Positions 40,241 to 50,487 of a DNA stretch of 64,000 nucleotides are shown here, in pieces (positions within the stretch are counted from its first letter, which is position 1; the number at the start of each line of letters is the position of its first letter). A program made the translations under genes and the position numbers. The stretch comes from Candidatus Levyibacteriota bacterium (lineage in GTDB: Bacteria > Patescibacteriota > Microgenomatia > Levybacterales > UBA12049). The DNA lies in NCBI GenBank assembly GCA_003152105.1, contig PLZJ01000002.1, positions 236,257 through 300,256 of the forward strand, read 5' to 3'. The notes beneath the pieces were generated by a model. The model searched no databases. It saw only the letters and a list, made by a program, of their open reading frames with translations, and was not told the origin of the DNA.

Positions 40241-41734
40241 TTATACCTTTTCTGTTACCTTATATTCCATTCGTTTACCAAACATTAATTTTGTATGTGA
40301 AATCATTGCAGGGACTGTTGCTAGAAAAAATCCCACTATTGGAAGAAGAAAAAATTCAAGGGGAAATAAAAACTGTCTAGTTTTTGAAACATGCGATTCT
40401 CTAGGTCTCATTCTATAATCAATTATAATCATGCAAAGAATAGCAAAAAGGGTTGTGGTAAGTATTGTTCTTGCAATATCAGGAAGAGTGTTCCCGAGTG
40501 AAGTTCTTGTAAAAATAGGATTTACAAAAGGCATGATATTGGCTGCAACTGTGATAATAAACCAATTGACAGGCCAAAGAAAATGATCAAGTAAGACGTT
40601 AAATAAAAGCCATGTTTTTCTAAAAAATGGCACACCAGGAACTGTTAGCCACCACTTAATAAAAAGAGGGTCATCTGAAACTCCCCAAGACCATCGCATT
40701 TCTTGGTTATATCTATTTTTAAGACTTTTGATATAAGTTGATGATTGCGCAGCATCCATAGAAGTTTTTAGGAAAATTGGCTCAACCCAAGCATTGCCTT
40801 TTAACACAAAAAAGGCTTTAAAGAAAATTCGATAATCCTCTGGTACTACATCAGTATCCCAATACCCTATTTCATGTAACATTTTAAATGTTAATGAATA
40901 GGTTGAATTAGATACTAATCTGTCTGGTTGTACGAGTAATGCTGCCCTGTGTAGGCTATTAAAAAATGACATTACACGAATAGGAGCGGGTACATCCCAG
41001 AAATTGTTGTAATGTACATTTGCTGATTGCCAAAATTTACTATATCGTTTTGGATCTCTTAAAAAGGAATAAGTTAAATAAGAAAAATAATTTTTATCAA
41101 ATAATGAATCTGCATCTACTGAGGAAATTGTTGCGTAATTAATATCAATTAAACCTGTTTCAACTAACTTACTGTAAGCAAATTTGCCTCCAAATGCTTC
41201 ATTTGATGATTTTCCAACCACTTCACCGGGAATTCTTGGATGAAAGGAAGCGAGTACTGAACCGAACCTATCACCAAATTCTTTTATTAGAATACTAGCT
41301 TTTTCTTTTGAGTCAACAGCTCTTTCTTCCATTGCAAGAACAATATGAATTTTTTTAAGAGGAAGTGTTTGATAAGTTAATACATGGAGCGTTTTCCTGA
41401 TTTTTTCAACTGATTCGTTGTAATTTGGAATTATTACTACATGAGTTGTTTTCTCAAAATTTTCCAATTTTTCTGCCTTTGAAAGCCAGTCAGTCTTTTC
41501 AGCTGCTCGAATACGCTTTAAAGCAATATAGGCTGATACCACAAGTGAAAAAGATTTATAAAACCAATAAACATCGAAAAATAAGATAAAGTAAGCAACA
41601 ACTGCTGGAAATGTTATGGAACCCCAAACCGGAAACGTAATAAGAGCCCACGAAAAAAAACCAGGTACAATTTCAAGCGCGCGGCGTGTTTTGATAGGAT
41701 ATTTTGTAAAAAGCTTTGCAAATGCAAGTGTCAT
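40241..41734 (-). CDS. Membrane-bound family 2 glycosyltransferase, processive type (QxxRW)
   Basis: N-terminal TMs, VVIIPNYNES GT-A start, DxD region, QEMRWSWG (the QxxRW motif of cellulose/chitin/hyaluronan synthase-like enzymes), then C-terminal TMs. Confidence 0.65.
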   Translation of the reverse strand: MTLAFAKLFTKYPIKTRRALEIVPGFFSWALITFPVWGSITFPAVVAYFILFFDVYWFYKSFSLVVSAYIALKRIRAAEKTDWLSKAEKLENFEKTTHVVIIPNYNESVEKIRKTLHVLTYQTLPLKKIHIVLAMEERAVDSKEKASILIKEFGDRFGSVLASFHPRIPGEVVGKSSNEAFGGKFAYSKLVETGLIDINYATISSVDADSLFDKNYFSYLTYSFLRDPKRYSKFWQSANVHYNNFWDVPAPIRVMSFFNSLHRAALLVQPDRLVSNSTYSLTFKMLHEIGYWDTDVVPEDYRIFFKAFFVLKGNAWVEPIFLKTSMDAAQSSTYIKSLKNRYNQEMRWSWGVSDDPLFIKWWLTVPGVPFFRKTWLLFNVLLDHFLWPVNWFIITVAANIMPFVNPIFTRTSLGNTLPDIARTILTTTLFAILCMIIIDYRMRPRESHVSKTRQFLFPLEFFLLPIVGFFLATVPAMISHTKLMFGKRMEYKVTEKV

Positions 41735-42525
41735 ATATGAAATATCATTCTTACGTTTTCCGTTGTAATACGATTCACGTCTTCAAGGGGTATCTTTTTT
41801 ACCTTCGCTATATGTTCCCCTACAAGTATAACATAAGAGGGTTTATTTCTTGAACCTCTATAGGGTTCAGGAGTTAAAAAGGGACTATCAGTCTCAGTTA
41901 AGATTCTTTCAATTGGCGTAAGTTCTATTAATTCGTTTAGCGTTACAGTTTCACCTGGCGCTAACCCTTTATATGTGCTATTTCCATCAAATCCAATATA
42001 AAATCCTAAGTTTAATGCGTCAAATAAAACTTCTTTTGAACTCGCAAAACAATGAAACATTCCAGGTATTCTTTTCAAGAGCGATCTATGCTTTTTAAGT
42101 ATTGCAATTACATCTTCTCCAGCATGCCTGTTATGAATCTGTATTGGTAAATTTAACGTATGCGCTATATGAATTTGTTTTTCAAATAACACTTTTTGCA
42201 AATTTTTATCTACGATCCCGTTGGACTTATATGCATAATAGTCAAGGCCGATTTCGCCAATTCCTAAAACCTTATCGTGCTTTCCTAGCTCTTTTAGTCT
42301 ATCTTCCCAACCTTTTTCAACTTTATCAGCATGATGAGGATGAATTCCAACAATAGCATAAAGCTGATCATATTTTGCCGCCAGTTCAATTGCTTGTTGA
42401 GAAGAATCTATTTGTGTGCCTACATTTATTATTTCAGTTACTCCGTTTCCTAAGGCTTCTTTTATTACGTTGTCAAAGTCAGAGGTATAAGAGTGGAAAT
42501 TTAAATGACAATGTACGTCAATCAT
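41731..42525 (-). CDS. tatD: TatD-family metal-dependent hydrolase/DNase
   Basis: MIDVHCHLNF start, and GEIGLDYY and H..H metal ligands of TatD. Confidence 0.8.
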   Translation of the reverse strand: MIDVHCHLNFHSYTSDFDNVIKEALGNGVTEIINVGTQIDSSQQAIELAAKYDQLYAIVGIHPHHADKVEKGWEDRLKELGKHDKVLGIGEIGLDYYAYKSNGIVDKNLQKVLFEKQIHIAHTLNLPIQIHNRHAGEDVIAILKKHRSLLKRIPGMFHCFASSKEVLFDALNLGFYIGFDGNSTYKGLAPGETVTLNELIELTPIERILTETDSPFLTPEPYRGSRNKPSYVILVGEHIAKVKKIPLEDVNRITTENVRMIFHI

Positions 42526-42527
42526 GT

Positions 42528-43964
42528 TTAAGATATTCTTGGAAATAGTGGTTTATCTAGCTTTACTTTTTCATGAAATATAGATAAGATTTTTTCTGAA
42601 GTGTTTGGTAAAAAAGGCGATAAGAGCACCGCAATTTCTTCTATTTGGTCTACTAAATGCGCGAGCACCTCTTTTGATCTATTTGGATTTGATTTTATAA
42701 GACTCCATGGTTGTTCCTTATTAATATACTTATCTGTATCTGCAATTTTATTCCAGACGATTGATAGAGCTTCATTAAATTTAAATTCTTCAATAGCTTT
42801 TGTATATGTATCATTATCAATACTATGCTTTGAATGATCAGTTATATCAAAACTAGCATTTTCGCAGAGTTTTGCAATGCGAGATACTAAATTGCCTAAT
42901 CCATTTGATAAATCGGACGTGTAAATTGATTGTAATTTCTCTTCTGAAAAATCACCATCCGAAAATGGCGAAAATTTTGCTAAAAAATAATAACGTAAAG
43001 CATCGGTACCGTACTTTTGAATAAGTATTTCTGGGTCAATGACATTACCAATAGTTTTGGACATTTTTTTGCCATTTACGGTAAAGTATTCATGAATAAA
43101 GAGTTTTTTAGGTAACGCTAGGTTTGCAGATAACAAAAACGCTGGCCAATAAATTGCATGAAAACGCGCGATTCCTTTACCAATTACATGAATGTCTGCA
43201 GGCCACCATTTTTTATATTCAGCTTGATTCCAACCAAATCCTATACCGCTTTGATATATATTGAGTCCGTCGAACCATACATAAATTCTTTGGGATGCAT
43301 CATTGGGTACCGGAACTCCCCAGTTTTTAGCTCGTTCATTACTCCTTGAAATACTGATATCTTCCAGAGGGTTTTTTAAAAAACTTAACATCTCGTTTTT
43401 TCGGAATTCTGGAACTATTTGATATTTTCCAGAAGAAAGGAGATCGATTAATTGATTTTGATATTTTGATAACCGGAAAAAGTAGTTTTCTTCTTCTACC
43501 TCATCTAATCGTTTACCTGGATGCTCAAAGCATTCTCTATTTTCATCAAGTTCATCCTCGGAATAAAACATTTCACATCCAACACAATAAAGTCCCTTGT
43601 AGGCTTTTTTATAAATATCTCCTGCTTTATTGCATAATTCCCATAATTTTTGCGTTGCAGCATAGTGGTTTTTTTTGTCACTACCTTTTTGCCACACATC
43701 GAATGAAACAGAAAGATGCTTTGAAAGATTGTGGAATAATTCAGTGTTTTTATCTACGAATTCTTGTATTGGGACACCAGCTTTTTCTGCTGCCTGGACA
43801 TTTTTTAATGCGTTTTCATCTCCTCCACTCAGTAGCAATACGTTATCTCCCTGAATTTTTCTGTATCTAGCTATCACATCGCTTTGTACAAATTCAAGCG
43901 CATGACCAATATGGGGTTTGGCATTTACATACGGAATTGCGTTGGTAATATAAAACTTGCTCAT
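42528..43964 (-). CDS. metG: Methionyl-tRNA synthetase (short form)
   Basis: YITNAIPYVNAKPHIGHALE (HIGH), KMSKTIGNV (KMSKS), and a Zn-knuckle region CVGCEMF. Confidence 0.9.
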   Translation of the reverse strand: MSKFYITNAIPYVNAKPHIGHALEFVQSDVIARYRKIQGDNVLLLSGGDENALKNVQAAEKAGVPIQEFVDKNTELFHNLSKHLSVSFDVWQKGSDKKNHYAATQKLWELCNKAGDIYKKAYKGLYCVGCEMFYSEDELDENRECFEHPGKRLDEVEEENYFFRLSKYQNQLIDLLSSGKYQIVPEFRKNEMLSFLKNPLEDISISRSNERAKNWGVPVPNDASQRIYVWFDGLNIYQSGIGFGWNQAEYKKWWPADIHVIGKGIARFHAIYWPAFLLSANLALPKKLFIHEYFTVNGKKMSKTIGNVIDPEILIQKYGTDALRYYFLAKFSPFSDGDFSEEKLQSIYTSDLSNGLGNLVSRIAKLCENASFDITDHSKHSIDNDTYTKAIEEFKFNEALSIVWNKIADTDKYINKEQPWSLIKSNPNRSKEVLAHLVDQIEEIAVLLSPFLPNTSEKILSIFHEKVKLDKPLFPRIS

Positions 43965-44003
43965 TTGCTGATTTTAACAGAAGTGCGGAGGCTAAACAAG
44001 CAA

Positions 44004-44348
44004 TTATTTGATAAAAGAGAATTCAATTACCGCGAGTATCATGATGAGTATGAGTAAATAAAAAGGGTGCGTGTAATTAAACAAACGAAGAAGTAAATAG
44101 CCATCACCTAAAATTGCTAACAAAATTCCTCTTCTTTTACCAAGTAGAAAAGACCCAAATGACGTTATAGAAATAAATAAAAGTAGTAGAACAATAGCTA
44201 CGATTGGTATATGCAGTTTATATAGTTGTAGTGTAATTTTAGGAGAAAAAGCAATAGAAATATAGATAAATGACCCTGTTGTCAAAAGAGCAATGAGTAG
44301 CAAGAGGATTTTTTTCGTCAATGCATTCATATATTGTAAGTGTAACAT
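44004..44348 (-). CDS. Small membrane protein (hypothetical)
   Basis: 114 aa with 3-4 TM helices. Confidence 0.3.
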   Translation of the reverse strand: MLHLQYMNALTKKILLLLIALLTTGSFIYISIAFSPKITLQLYKLHIPIVAIVLLLLFISITSFGSFLLGKRRGILLAILGDGYLLLRLFNYTHPFYLLILIMILAVIEFSFIK

Positions 44349-44413
44349 AGCAAAAATTTATCCTTAGGAAACTATTATGTAATGTAATAACAATATTGGG
44401 CACGATATTCCAC

Positions 44414-44442
44414 TTGACATCAATTGGCAGTCATGATATATT
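44414..44442 (+). promoter_or_regulatory. Sigma-70-type promoter of the hrcA operon (TTGACA-17-TATATT)
   Basis: TTGACA at 44414-44419, a 17-nt spacer, and TATATT at 44437-44442. The -10 overlaps the CIRCE element. Confidence 0.5.
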
Positions 44443-44450
44443 AGTGCTAA
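44424..44450 (+). promoter_or_regulatory. CIRCE-like HrcA operator (TTGGCAGTC-N9-TAGTGCTAA)
   Basis: 9-N9-9 inverted repeat. Three mismatches to the canonical TTAGCACTC-N9-GAGTGCTAA. Located just upstream of hrcA. Confidence 0.6.
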
Positions 44451-44484
44451 TTCAAACAGATAAAAATAGAATATATAGTCTCTT

Positions 44485-45216
44485 ATGCACGATTTAACAC
44501 AAAGACAGGTAGAAATTTTAAAAAGTTTAATAGAAGAATATATTAATACTGCTGAAGCAGTAGGTTCCGAAACACTTGAGAAAAAATATAACCTTTCAGC
44601 ATCTCCAGCGACAATTAGGAATGAAATGGTTAGATTGACTGAGCTCAATTACTTAAAAAAACCACATACATCAGCAGGCAGAATTCCTACTTCAGAAGGC
44701 ATGAAGTTCTATGTGCAACAGCTAATGCGAGAAAAGGAATTATCTGTTGCTGAAGAGGTTGCCGTAAAGGAAAAAGTATGGGATTCCAGAGATAATATTC
44801 AACGATGCTTACGCGAGGTAACTAAAACATTAGCTGATAAAACTAAAACATTAGCAGTCGCGTCTACAGACGATGGTGAATTAATTATTTCGGGCTATTC
44901 TTATATTTTGGATGCACCCGAATTTTATGATATTAATACAACTAAAATATTGCTTGAAGCAATAGACGAATATAGTTATTTTAGAACTATATTTTCTCAA
45001 TTTTTAGGCGATGCGGAAGTGCATGTTTTGTTAGGTGCAGATTTAGGAGAGCGACTTAAGGGTCCATATGGAGTAGTATTTACCGGTTTTGAAACGCCAA
45101 TGAGACTAAAGGGAGATATTGGAATAATAGGTCCATCTCGACTTAATTTTCCATCGGTGGTACCAATGGTTAGATATTTTGGAGAGTTAATTGAAGAAAT
45201 TGCAAAAGGGTGGTAA
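44485..45216 (+). CDS. hrcA: Heat-inducible transcription repressor HrcA
   Basis: N-terminal winged helix (QRQVEILKSLIEEYINTAEAVGSETL...SPATIRNEMVRLTELNYL) and a HrcA C-terminal domain. Located upstream of grpE-dnaK. Confidence 0.8.
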   Translation: MHDLTQRQVEILKSLIEEYINTAEAVGSETLEKKYNLSASPATIRNEMVRLTELNYLKKPHTSAGRIPTSEGMKFYVQQLMREKELSVAEEVAVKEKVWDSRDNIQRCLREVTKTLADKTKTLAVASTDDGELIISGYSYILDAPEFYDINTTKILLEAIDEYSYFRTIFSQFLGDAEVHVLLGADLGERLKGPYGVVFTGFETPMRLKGDIGIIGPSRLNFPSVVPMVRYFGELIEEIAKGW

Positions 45217-45701
45217 TAACTATGGCTAAAAATACAACGAAAACAAAACAAGAAGATACGGATAATCATCAAAATCAAGCTACGATTGAAGAACTTGATG
45301 CAAAATGTCAAGATTTGGAAGAAAAATATAAGCGTGCTTTAGCGGATTACCAAAACTTAGAAAAAAGAGTCAGGGAAGAAAAAGTACATTGGATTTTGGC
45401 AGCCAATAAAGAGTTAATTCAGAGAATGCTGCCAGTTTTAGACACTTTATTGTTAGCCTCAAAGCATACAGATGATCAAGGAATTAAGATGACAGTTACA
45501 CAATTTATACAAGCATTAGAGAATGAAGGAGCAAAACGAATAAAAACAGAAGGTGCAACATTTGATCCTAATACAATGGAGGCCGTTGAAATAGTTGAAG
45601 GTGAAGATAATAAAGTAATAGAAGAAATTCGTCCTGGATTTGAATTAAACGGGGCAGTAATTAGACCAGCGCAAGTTAAAGTTGGCAAGGTCCAGAATTA
45701 A
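45210..45701 (+). CDS. grpE: Nucleotide exchange factor GrpE
   Basis: ALADYQNLEKRVREEK (like GrpE ADFENYRKR), a coiled-coil, and a C-terminal beta domain. Overlaps hrcA by 7 nt. Confidence 0.8.
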   Translation: MVITMAKNTTKTKQEDTDNHQNQATIEELDAKCQDLEEKYKRALADYQNLEKRVREEKVHWILAANKELIQRMLPVLDTLLLASKHTDDQGIKMTVTQFIQALENEGAKRIKTEGATFDPNTMEAVEIVEGEDNKVIEEIRPGFELNGAVIRPAQVKVGKVQN

Positions 45702-45757
45702 TTTAAATTTTGCCTCTTTTCTTGAGAGTAAAATAGGTATAAAATAGGAGATAGATT

Positions 45758-47647
45758 ATGGGAAAAATAATTGGAATAGATTTAGGTACAACAAATTCAT
45801 GCGTTGCAGTAATGGAAGGTGGTTCACCAAAGGTAATTCACTCTGCTGAAGGTAGAAACACAATTCCTTCTGTTGTTGATCCAAAAACTCACGTTGTTGG
45901 AGATATCGCAAAAAGACAACTTGTCTTAAAGCCAAAAGAAACTATTTATTCAATTAAAAGATTAATGGGAAAGAAATTCTCTGATAAATCTGTCCAATTT
46001 GATATGAAATGGCTTCCTTACACGGTAAAAGCAGGTAGAAATGATATGGCAGTTGTTGAAGTAGACGGCAAAACATATACCCCTCAGGAACTTTCTGCAA
46101 TGATTCTCCAAAAAATTAAAAGTGATGCCGAAGCATATCTTGGTAGTAAAGTGACACAGGCTGTTATCACAGTACCTGCGTATTTTGATGACTCTCAAAG
46201 ACAAGCAACAAAACAAGCGGGAGAAATTGCTGGCCTTGAAGTACTTCGAATTATTAATGAACCAACTGCTGCTGCACTTTCGTACGGTCTTGATAAAAAG
46301 AATGCGCATACTGTAGCTGTATATGATTTAGGAGGCGGAACGTTTGATATTTCAGTCTTAGAACTAGGTGAAGGTGTATATGAAGTAAAGTCCACAAATG
46401 GAGATACGCATTTAGGAGGAGATGACTTTGATCAAGCTATTGTAACTTATATTGCGGACGAATTTAAGAAAGAACACAATGTAGATCTTCGTTCCGATCC
46501 ACAAGCGCTCCAAAGATTAAGAGAAGCAGCTGAAAAAGCAAAAATTGAATTATCGTCCGCAGCTGAAGCTCAAATAAATCAACCATTTATTACGGTGACT
46601 CCTAACGGACCATTGCATTTAACAATGACATTAACTCGTTCAAAACTCGAACAAATCGTAGACGATCTAATTCAAAAAACTATTAAACCTCTTCAGTTAG
46701 CAATTAAAGATGCAAAAATAAATGTAAAAGACATCGATGAAATTGTAATGGTAGGTGGAATGACTAGGATGCCAAAGGTTATCGAAACAGTTACTAAATT
46801 CTTTGGCAAAGAACCAAACAAATCAGTTAATCCAGACGAAGTAGTTGCAGTAGGAGCAGCAATACAAGGTGGAGTTCTCGGAGGAGAAGTAAAAGACGTA
46901 TTGCTTTTGGATGTTACCCCTCTTACGCTTGGTATTGAAACTTTAGGAGGCGTTTCTACTCCTCTAATTGAAAGAAATACGACAATTCCTTCTTCAAAGT
47001 CTCAAACATTTTCTACAGCAGCAGATAATCAAACCCAAGTAGAAATTAACGTACTTCAGGGCGAGAGACCTATGGCAGCTGATAATAAAACATTAGGTAG
47101 ATTTATCTTAGATGGTATTCCACCTGCTCCAAGAGGAGTGCCTCAGGTTGAAGTAAGCTTTGATATCGATGCGTCAGGAATATTGCATGTAAAAGCAAAA
47201 GATAAAGCTTCAGGGAAAGAACAATCTATCAAAATTACAGGATCAACTGGCTTGTCTAAAGAAGAAGTAGAAAAGATGCAAAAAGATGCAGAAGCACACG
47301 CACAGGAAGATGAGGAAAAGAAAGGGCAAGTTGAAGCGAGAAATCAAGCAGATTCATTAATATTTACTGCAGAAAAAGCGCTTAAGGATGGAGGAGATAA
47401 GGTGCCTGCTGAAATAAAGTCAGAAGTGGAAGAGAAAATAAAATCAGTAAAAGATATTTTAGCAACTGGCAGTAAGGAAGATTTAGAGTCAAAAACAAAA
47501 GAACTATCTGAATCACTTTCAAAAATAGGACAAGAAGCATATAGTCAAACAGGTCAACCCGAAGAAATAGAAAAAGAGGAAAAAGAAGGAAAAGAGGAGA
47601 CTTCTACTGGTAGTGAGAATGTGCAAGAAGGTGAAGTAGTAGAGTAA
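45758..47647 (+). CDS. dnaK: Chaperone DnaK (Hsp70)
   Basis: [21 protein letters not shown], and a full Hsp70 architecture. AGGAG sits 9 nt upstream. Confidence 0.95.
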   Translation: MGKIIGIDLGTTNSCVAVMEGGSPKVIHSAEGRNTIPSVVDPKTHVVGDIAKRQLVLKPKETIYSIKRLMGKKFSDKSVQFDMKWLPYTVKAGRNDMAVVEVDGKTYTPQELSAMILQKIKSDAEAYLGSKVTQAVITVPAYFDDSQRQATKQAGEIAGLEVLRIINEPTAAALSYGLDKKNAHTVAVYDLGGGTFDISVLELGEGVYEVKSTNGDTHLGGDDFDQAIVTYIADEFKKEHNVDLRSDPQALQRLREAAEKAKIELSSAAEAQINQPFITVTPNGPLHLTMTLTRSKLEQIVDDLIQKTIKPLQLAIKDAKINVKDIDEIVMVGGMTRMPKVIETVTKFFGKEPNKSVNPDEVVAVGAAIQGGVLGGEVKDVLLLDVTPLTLGIETLGGVSTPLIERNTTIPSSKSQTFSTAADNQTQVEINVLQGERPMAADNKTLGRFILDGIPPAPRGVPQVEVSFDIDASGILHVKAKDKASGKEQSIKITGSTGLSKEEVEKMQKDAEAHAQEDEEKKGQVEARNQADSLIFTAEKALKDGGDKVPAEIKSEVEEKIKSVKDILATGSKEDLESKTKELSESLSKIGQEAYSQTGQPEEIEKEEKEGKEETSTGSENVQEGEVVE

Positions 47648-47673
47648 GTCTTAAGTTATTTATGTAATCAAAT

Positions 47674-47694
47674 AAGCGCTATGAGCGCTTTTTT
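47674..47694 (+). terminator. Rho-independent terminator after dnaK
   Basis: AAGCGCT-atg-AGCGCTT stem-loop followed by a T-run. Confidence 0.55.
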
Positions 47695-47714
47695 AGTATA
47701 CTACACATATATAT

Positions 47715-48602
47715 ATGGCAGCTTCACAAGATTATTATAAAATTTTAGGCGTTACTAAAGGCGCTACTGCTGAGGAAATAAAACGAGCATATCGTAAGCT
47801 GGCTCTTCAATATCATCCTGACAAAAATTCTTCTAAAGAAGCGTCTGAAAAATTCAAAGAAGTAAGTACTGCTTACGAAGTATTGTCTGACACTCAAAAA
47901 CGTCAAACATATGATCAGTTTGGGTCAGCTGCATTTGAGCAAGGAGGAGCTGGACAAGGGCCATTTGGAGGTTTTAATGGTGGCAATAATGCAGGAGGAG
48001 GATATGGGCCATTTACCTACTCCTATTCTACTGGCAACGCAAGTGATTTCGGAGGATTTGCAGATCCTTTTGAAATTTTTGAGCAATTTTTTGGAGGTTC
48101 ACAATTTAACTCTCGAGCAAGACGTCAAATGTATTCAATTACCATACCATTTTTAGAAGCCGTAAATGGTGTTGAAAAGAACGTAAGCATAAATGGTAAA
48201 GATCAAAAGATTAAAATACCAAAAGGTGTGAATAGTGGCTCAAGAATTCGATTCGACAATTTCGATATTGTAGTCGAAGTTATGCCCGACAAACGTTATA
48301 AACGTGAAGGCGACGATGTTATTACTGAGGAAAGCTTAACGTTTTCCCAGGCTGCATTGGGAACTCAGCTTAAAATAGAAACACTTGAAGGAAGCGTAAC
48401 GCTTAGAATTCCACCTGGCACGCAGCCAAGCACTGTTATGCGTTTACGAGGAAAAGGTGTGCCTCATGTTCGTGGAAATGGTAGGGGAGATCATTATGTT
48501 AGGCTTTCTGTAGCAGTTCCTAGAAAAATAACAAGAAAACAAAGAGAGCTGCTCGTAGAATTCGACAAAGAATCATCCTCAGGTTCTTCGCATTGGTTTT
48601 AG
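47715..48602 (+). CDS. DnaJ-like co-chaperone lacking the cysteine-rich zinc-finger domain (type II/CbpA-like)
   Basis: DYYKILGV...[14 protein letters not shown]-domain, a G/F-rich region, and two C-terminal beta domains. No CxxCxGxG repeats. Confidence 0.75.
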   Translation: MAASQDYYKILGVTKGATAEEIKRAYRKLALQYHPDKNSSKEASEKFKEVSTAYEVLSDTQKRQTYDQFGSAAFEQGGAGQGPFGGFNGGNNAGGGYGPFTYSYSTGNASDFGGFADPFEIFEQFFGGSQFNSRARRQMYSITIPFLEAVNGVEKNVSINGKDQKIKIPKGVNSGSRIRFDNFDIVVEVMPDKRYKREGDDVITEESLTFSQAALGTQLKIETLEGSVTLRIPPGTQPSTVMRLRGKGVPHVRGNGRGDHYVRLSVAVPRKITRKQRELLVEFDKESSSGSSHWF

Positions 48603-48641
48603 TATTATTTTAATTAACTCGGAACAATCACAAGTATTAGC

Positions 48642-49271
48642 TTATTTATTTTTTGTTTTATGTAGATAAAATAATAACCCAAAAAAGAGTATAAAGGGAA
48701 GAAATAAAAATAGTCTTAGATAGGTATGCGCATGAAGTAATGCCATTGTTTTTGCTCCTAGATTCAATCCAAGAGATAAATAAATAATTATCCAAAAAAT
48801 AACAGATACAAATGTGCTTGCAATAAAGGTTTTATATGAAACATCTGATATCCCTGAAAATACCGTAACCGGAACTCGAAAACCAGGTATATGTCTGCCA
48901 AAAATGATAGCAAGTATGCCATATTTTCTAAAATGTTTTTCGACTGTTAATAGTTTTTTTTCATCCAAGTGTATGTATTTCCCGAGTGTAAGTATAAGTC
49001 TATTGCCGAAGCGAAAGGATAATCCATATAAAATCGTTGAGCCAATTAGCACCGAAATAAGTATTAGTATAAAAGCAACTTGATAAGATATATTGCCTTG
49101 CGCAACTTGATATCCCGTATATGCAATAATTAAATCTCCAGGTACAGGAAGTGGTATGCCAGCCTCTTCAAGCGCGAGAAGAAGTATAGGAGCAATTACT
49201 TTTTGCGAATTTAAGAAACCAATTAATGCATCCGAGTAGTTGTCTAAGAATGTGGGATCTAGATTTATCAT
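48642..49271 (-). CDS. DedA/TVP38-family membrane protein
   Basis: LEEAGIPLPVPGDLIIAYTGY re-entrant loop motif of the DedA family, plus 4-5 TM helices. Confidence 0.7.
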   Translation of the reverse strand: MINLDPTFLDNYSDALIGFLNSQKVIAPILLLALEEAGIPLPVPGDLIIAYTGYQVAQGNISYQVAFILILISVLIGSTILYGLSFRFGNRLILTLGKYIHLDEKKLLTVEKHFRKYGILAIIFGRHIPGFRVPVTVFSGISDVSYKTFIASTFVSVIFWIIIYLSLGLNLGAKTMALLHAHTYLRLFLFLPFILFFGLLFYLHKTKNK

Positions 49272-49342
49272 ATGCCTTATTATACAGGAAGTGTTTTCCT
49301 GATAAGGATTATTAGTACATATAGTCCGAATGATTTGTACGC

Positions 49343-49371
49343 TTGAACCGCAAGTGTGGTTTTGGTATACT
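49343..49371 (+). promoter_or_regulatory. Promoter TTGAAC-17-(TGG)TATACT ending 9 nt before the nusA ATG at 49381
   Basis: TTGAAC at 49343-49348 and an extended -10 TGGTATACT at 49363-49371. Confidence 0.45.
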
Positions 49372-49380
49372 CTTGCTACT

Positions 49381-50433
49381 ATGCCAGCAGTACAAAGAAG
49401 CGAATTTTCACTTGCACTTAATCAGGTCGCCGCAGAACGCGGAGTTGATGCTGCTGTGGTTTTGGATACTGTTAAAAATGCAATCCTTGCAGCCTACAGA
49501 AAAGATCATCCTGGAATTGAGATTGAAGAATACAGTACTTCTCTCGATAAAAATACAGGTGAGGCTAAAATATTTCATAATGATGCTGATGTAACTCCTC
49601 CGGGATTTGGTCGAATTGCTGCACAGACAGCAAAGCAGGTTATATTGCAAAAAATTCGAGAAAAAGAAAAAGAAGCTATTTTATCTGACTATAAAGTTCG
49701 AATAGGAACAGTAGTGAATGGTATGATTTTGCGATTTGCAGGCCCCAATATCATCGTTGATATAGGAAAGGCAGAAGGAGTTATGCCTCCACAAGAACAA
49801 ATCCAAAATGAGAAATATCACTTAAATCAACGACTCGCTGTACATTTAGTTGAAATCCACGACGGAATAAAAGGAGAGGAGATTATAGTTTCAAGAGCAA
49901 ATAATGGATTGCTTGAAGGACTATTCAAAAGAGAAGTGCCTGAAATTGCACAAGGTTCAGTTATTATTAAGGCAATAGCTCGCGAGGCTGGAAATCGTTC
50001 TAAAATAGCAGTAGTTTCAAATCAAACTGGCATTGATCCTGTTGGAAGCTGTGTAGGACAAAAAGGAGTTCGAGTTCAAGCTGTTATACAAGAATTCGGT
50101 GGTGCGGAAAAAATTGATATTATTCAGTGGCAAGAAAATGCAAAGCAATATATTGCCGCAGCCTTATCTCCGGCAAAGGAGTTAACAGTTGAAGTAAACG
50201 AAAAAGAGAAAGTAGCTACCGTTACGGTTGCAGCTGCAGAATTGCCACTTGCGATTGGAAAAGATGGGCAAAATGTAAGACTTGCTTCAAAGCTAACAGG
50301 CTATCGAATAGAAATTGAGGGTCCAAAAATCGCAGCAGATGATAAACATGAAGAAGTAAAAGAAAGCCCTATTGAACGTAAAGATGAAAATGTATCTCAA
50401 GAGATCACAGATTCAAAAAATGAACATGAGTAG
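49381..50433 (+). CDS. nusA: Transcription termination/antitermination factor NusA
   Basis: MPAVQRSEFSLALNQVAAERGV NusA N-terminal domain, an S1 domain, and two KH domains (VGSCVGQKGVRVQ). The ORF-track start at 49330 is probably upstream of the real start. A promoter -10 lies at 49366-49371. Confidence 0.85.
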   Translation: MPAVQRSEFSLALNQVAAERGVDAAVVLDTVKNAILAAYRKDHPGIEIEEYSTSLDKNTGEAKIFHNDADVTPPGFGRIAAQTAKQVILQKIREKEKEAILSDYKVRIGTVVNGMILRFAGPNIIVDIGKAEGVMPPQEQIQNEKYHLNQRLAVHLVEIHDGIKGEEIIVSRANNGLLEGLFKREVPEIAQGSVIIKAIAREAGNRSKIAVVSNQTGIDPVGSCVGQKGVRVQAVIQEFGGAEKIDIIQWQENAKQYIAAALSPAKELTVEVNEKEKVATVTVAAAELPLAIGKDGQNVRLASKLTGYRIEIEGPKIAADDKHEEVKESPIERKDENVSQEITDSKNEHE

Positions 50434-50487
50434 ATTTATTTTTGATCAGTTCATGGGCATGAAAAACAGAAGAGAAACTTGTAGTAT

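Noticed and set aside
42102-43870. Several 60-134 aa ORFs on the plus strand
   Set aside because: All lie antisense within tatD or metG, both of which have strong family motifs.
48603-49329. Nested inverted repeats (CCTTAT...ATAAGG and CAGGAA-N5-TTCCTG) in the DedA/nusA divergent region
   Set aside because: The arms are short (6 bp) and sit in an AT-rich promoter region. They are plausibly chance or generic promoter structure, and not reported as a feature.
49330-49380. Upstream extension of nusA (MICTLEPQVWFWYTLAT)
   Set aside because: A well-formed promoter (TTGAAC-17-TGGTATACT) lies inside this extension. The NusA N-terminal domain homology begins at MPAVQRSE (49381).
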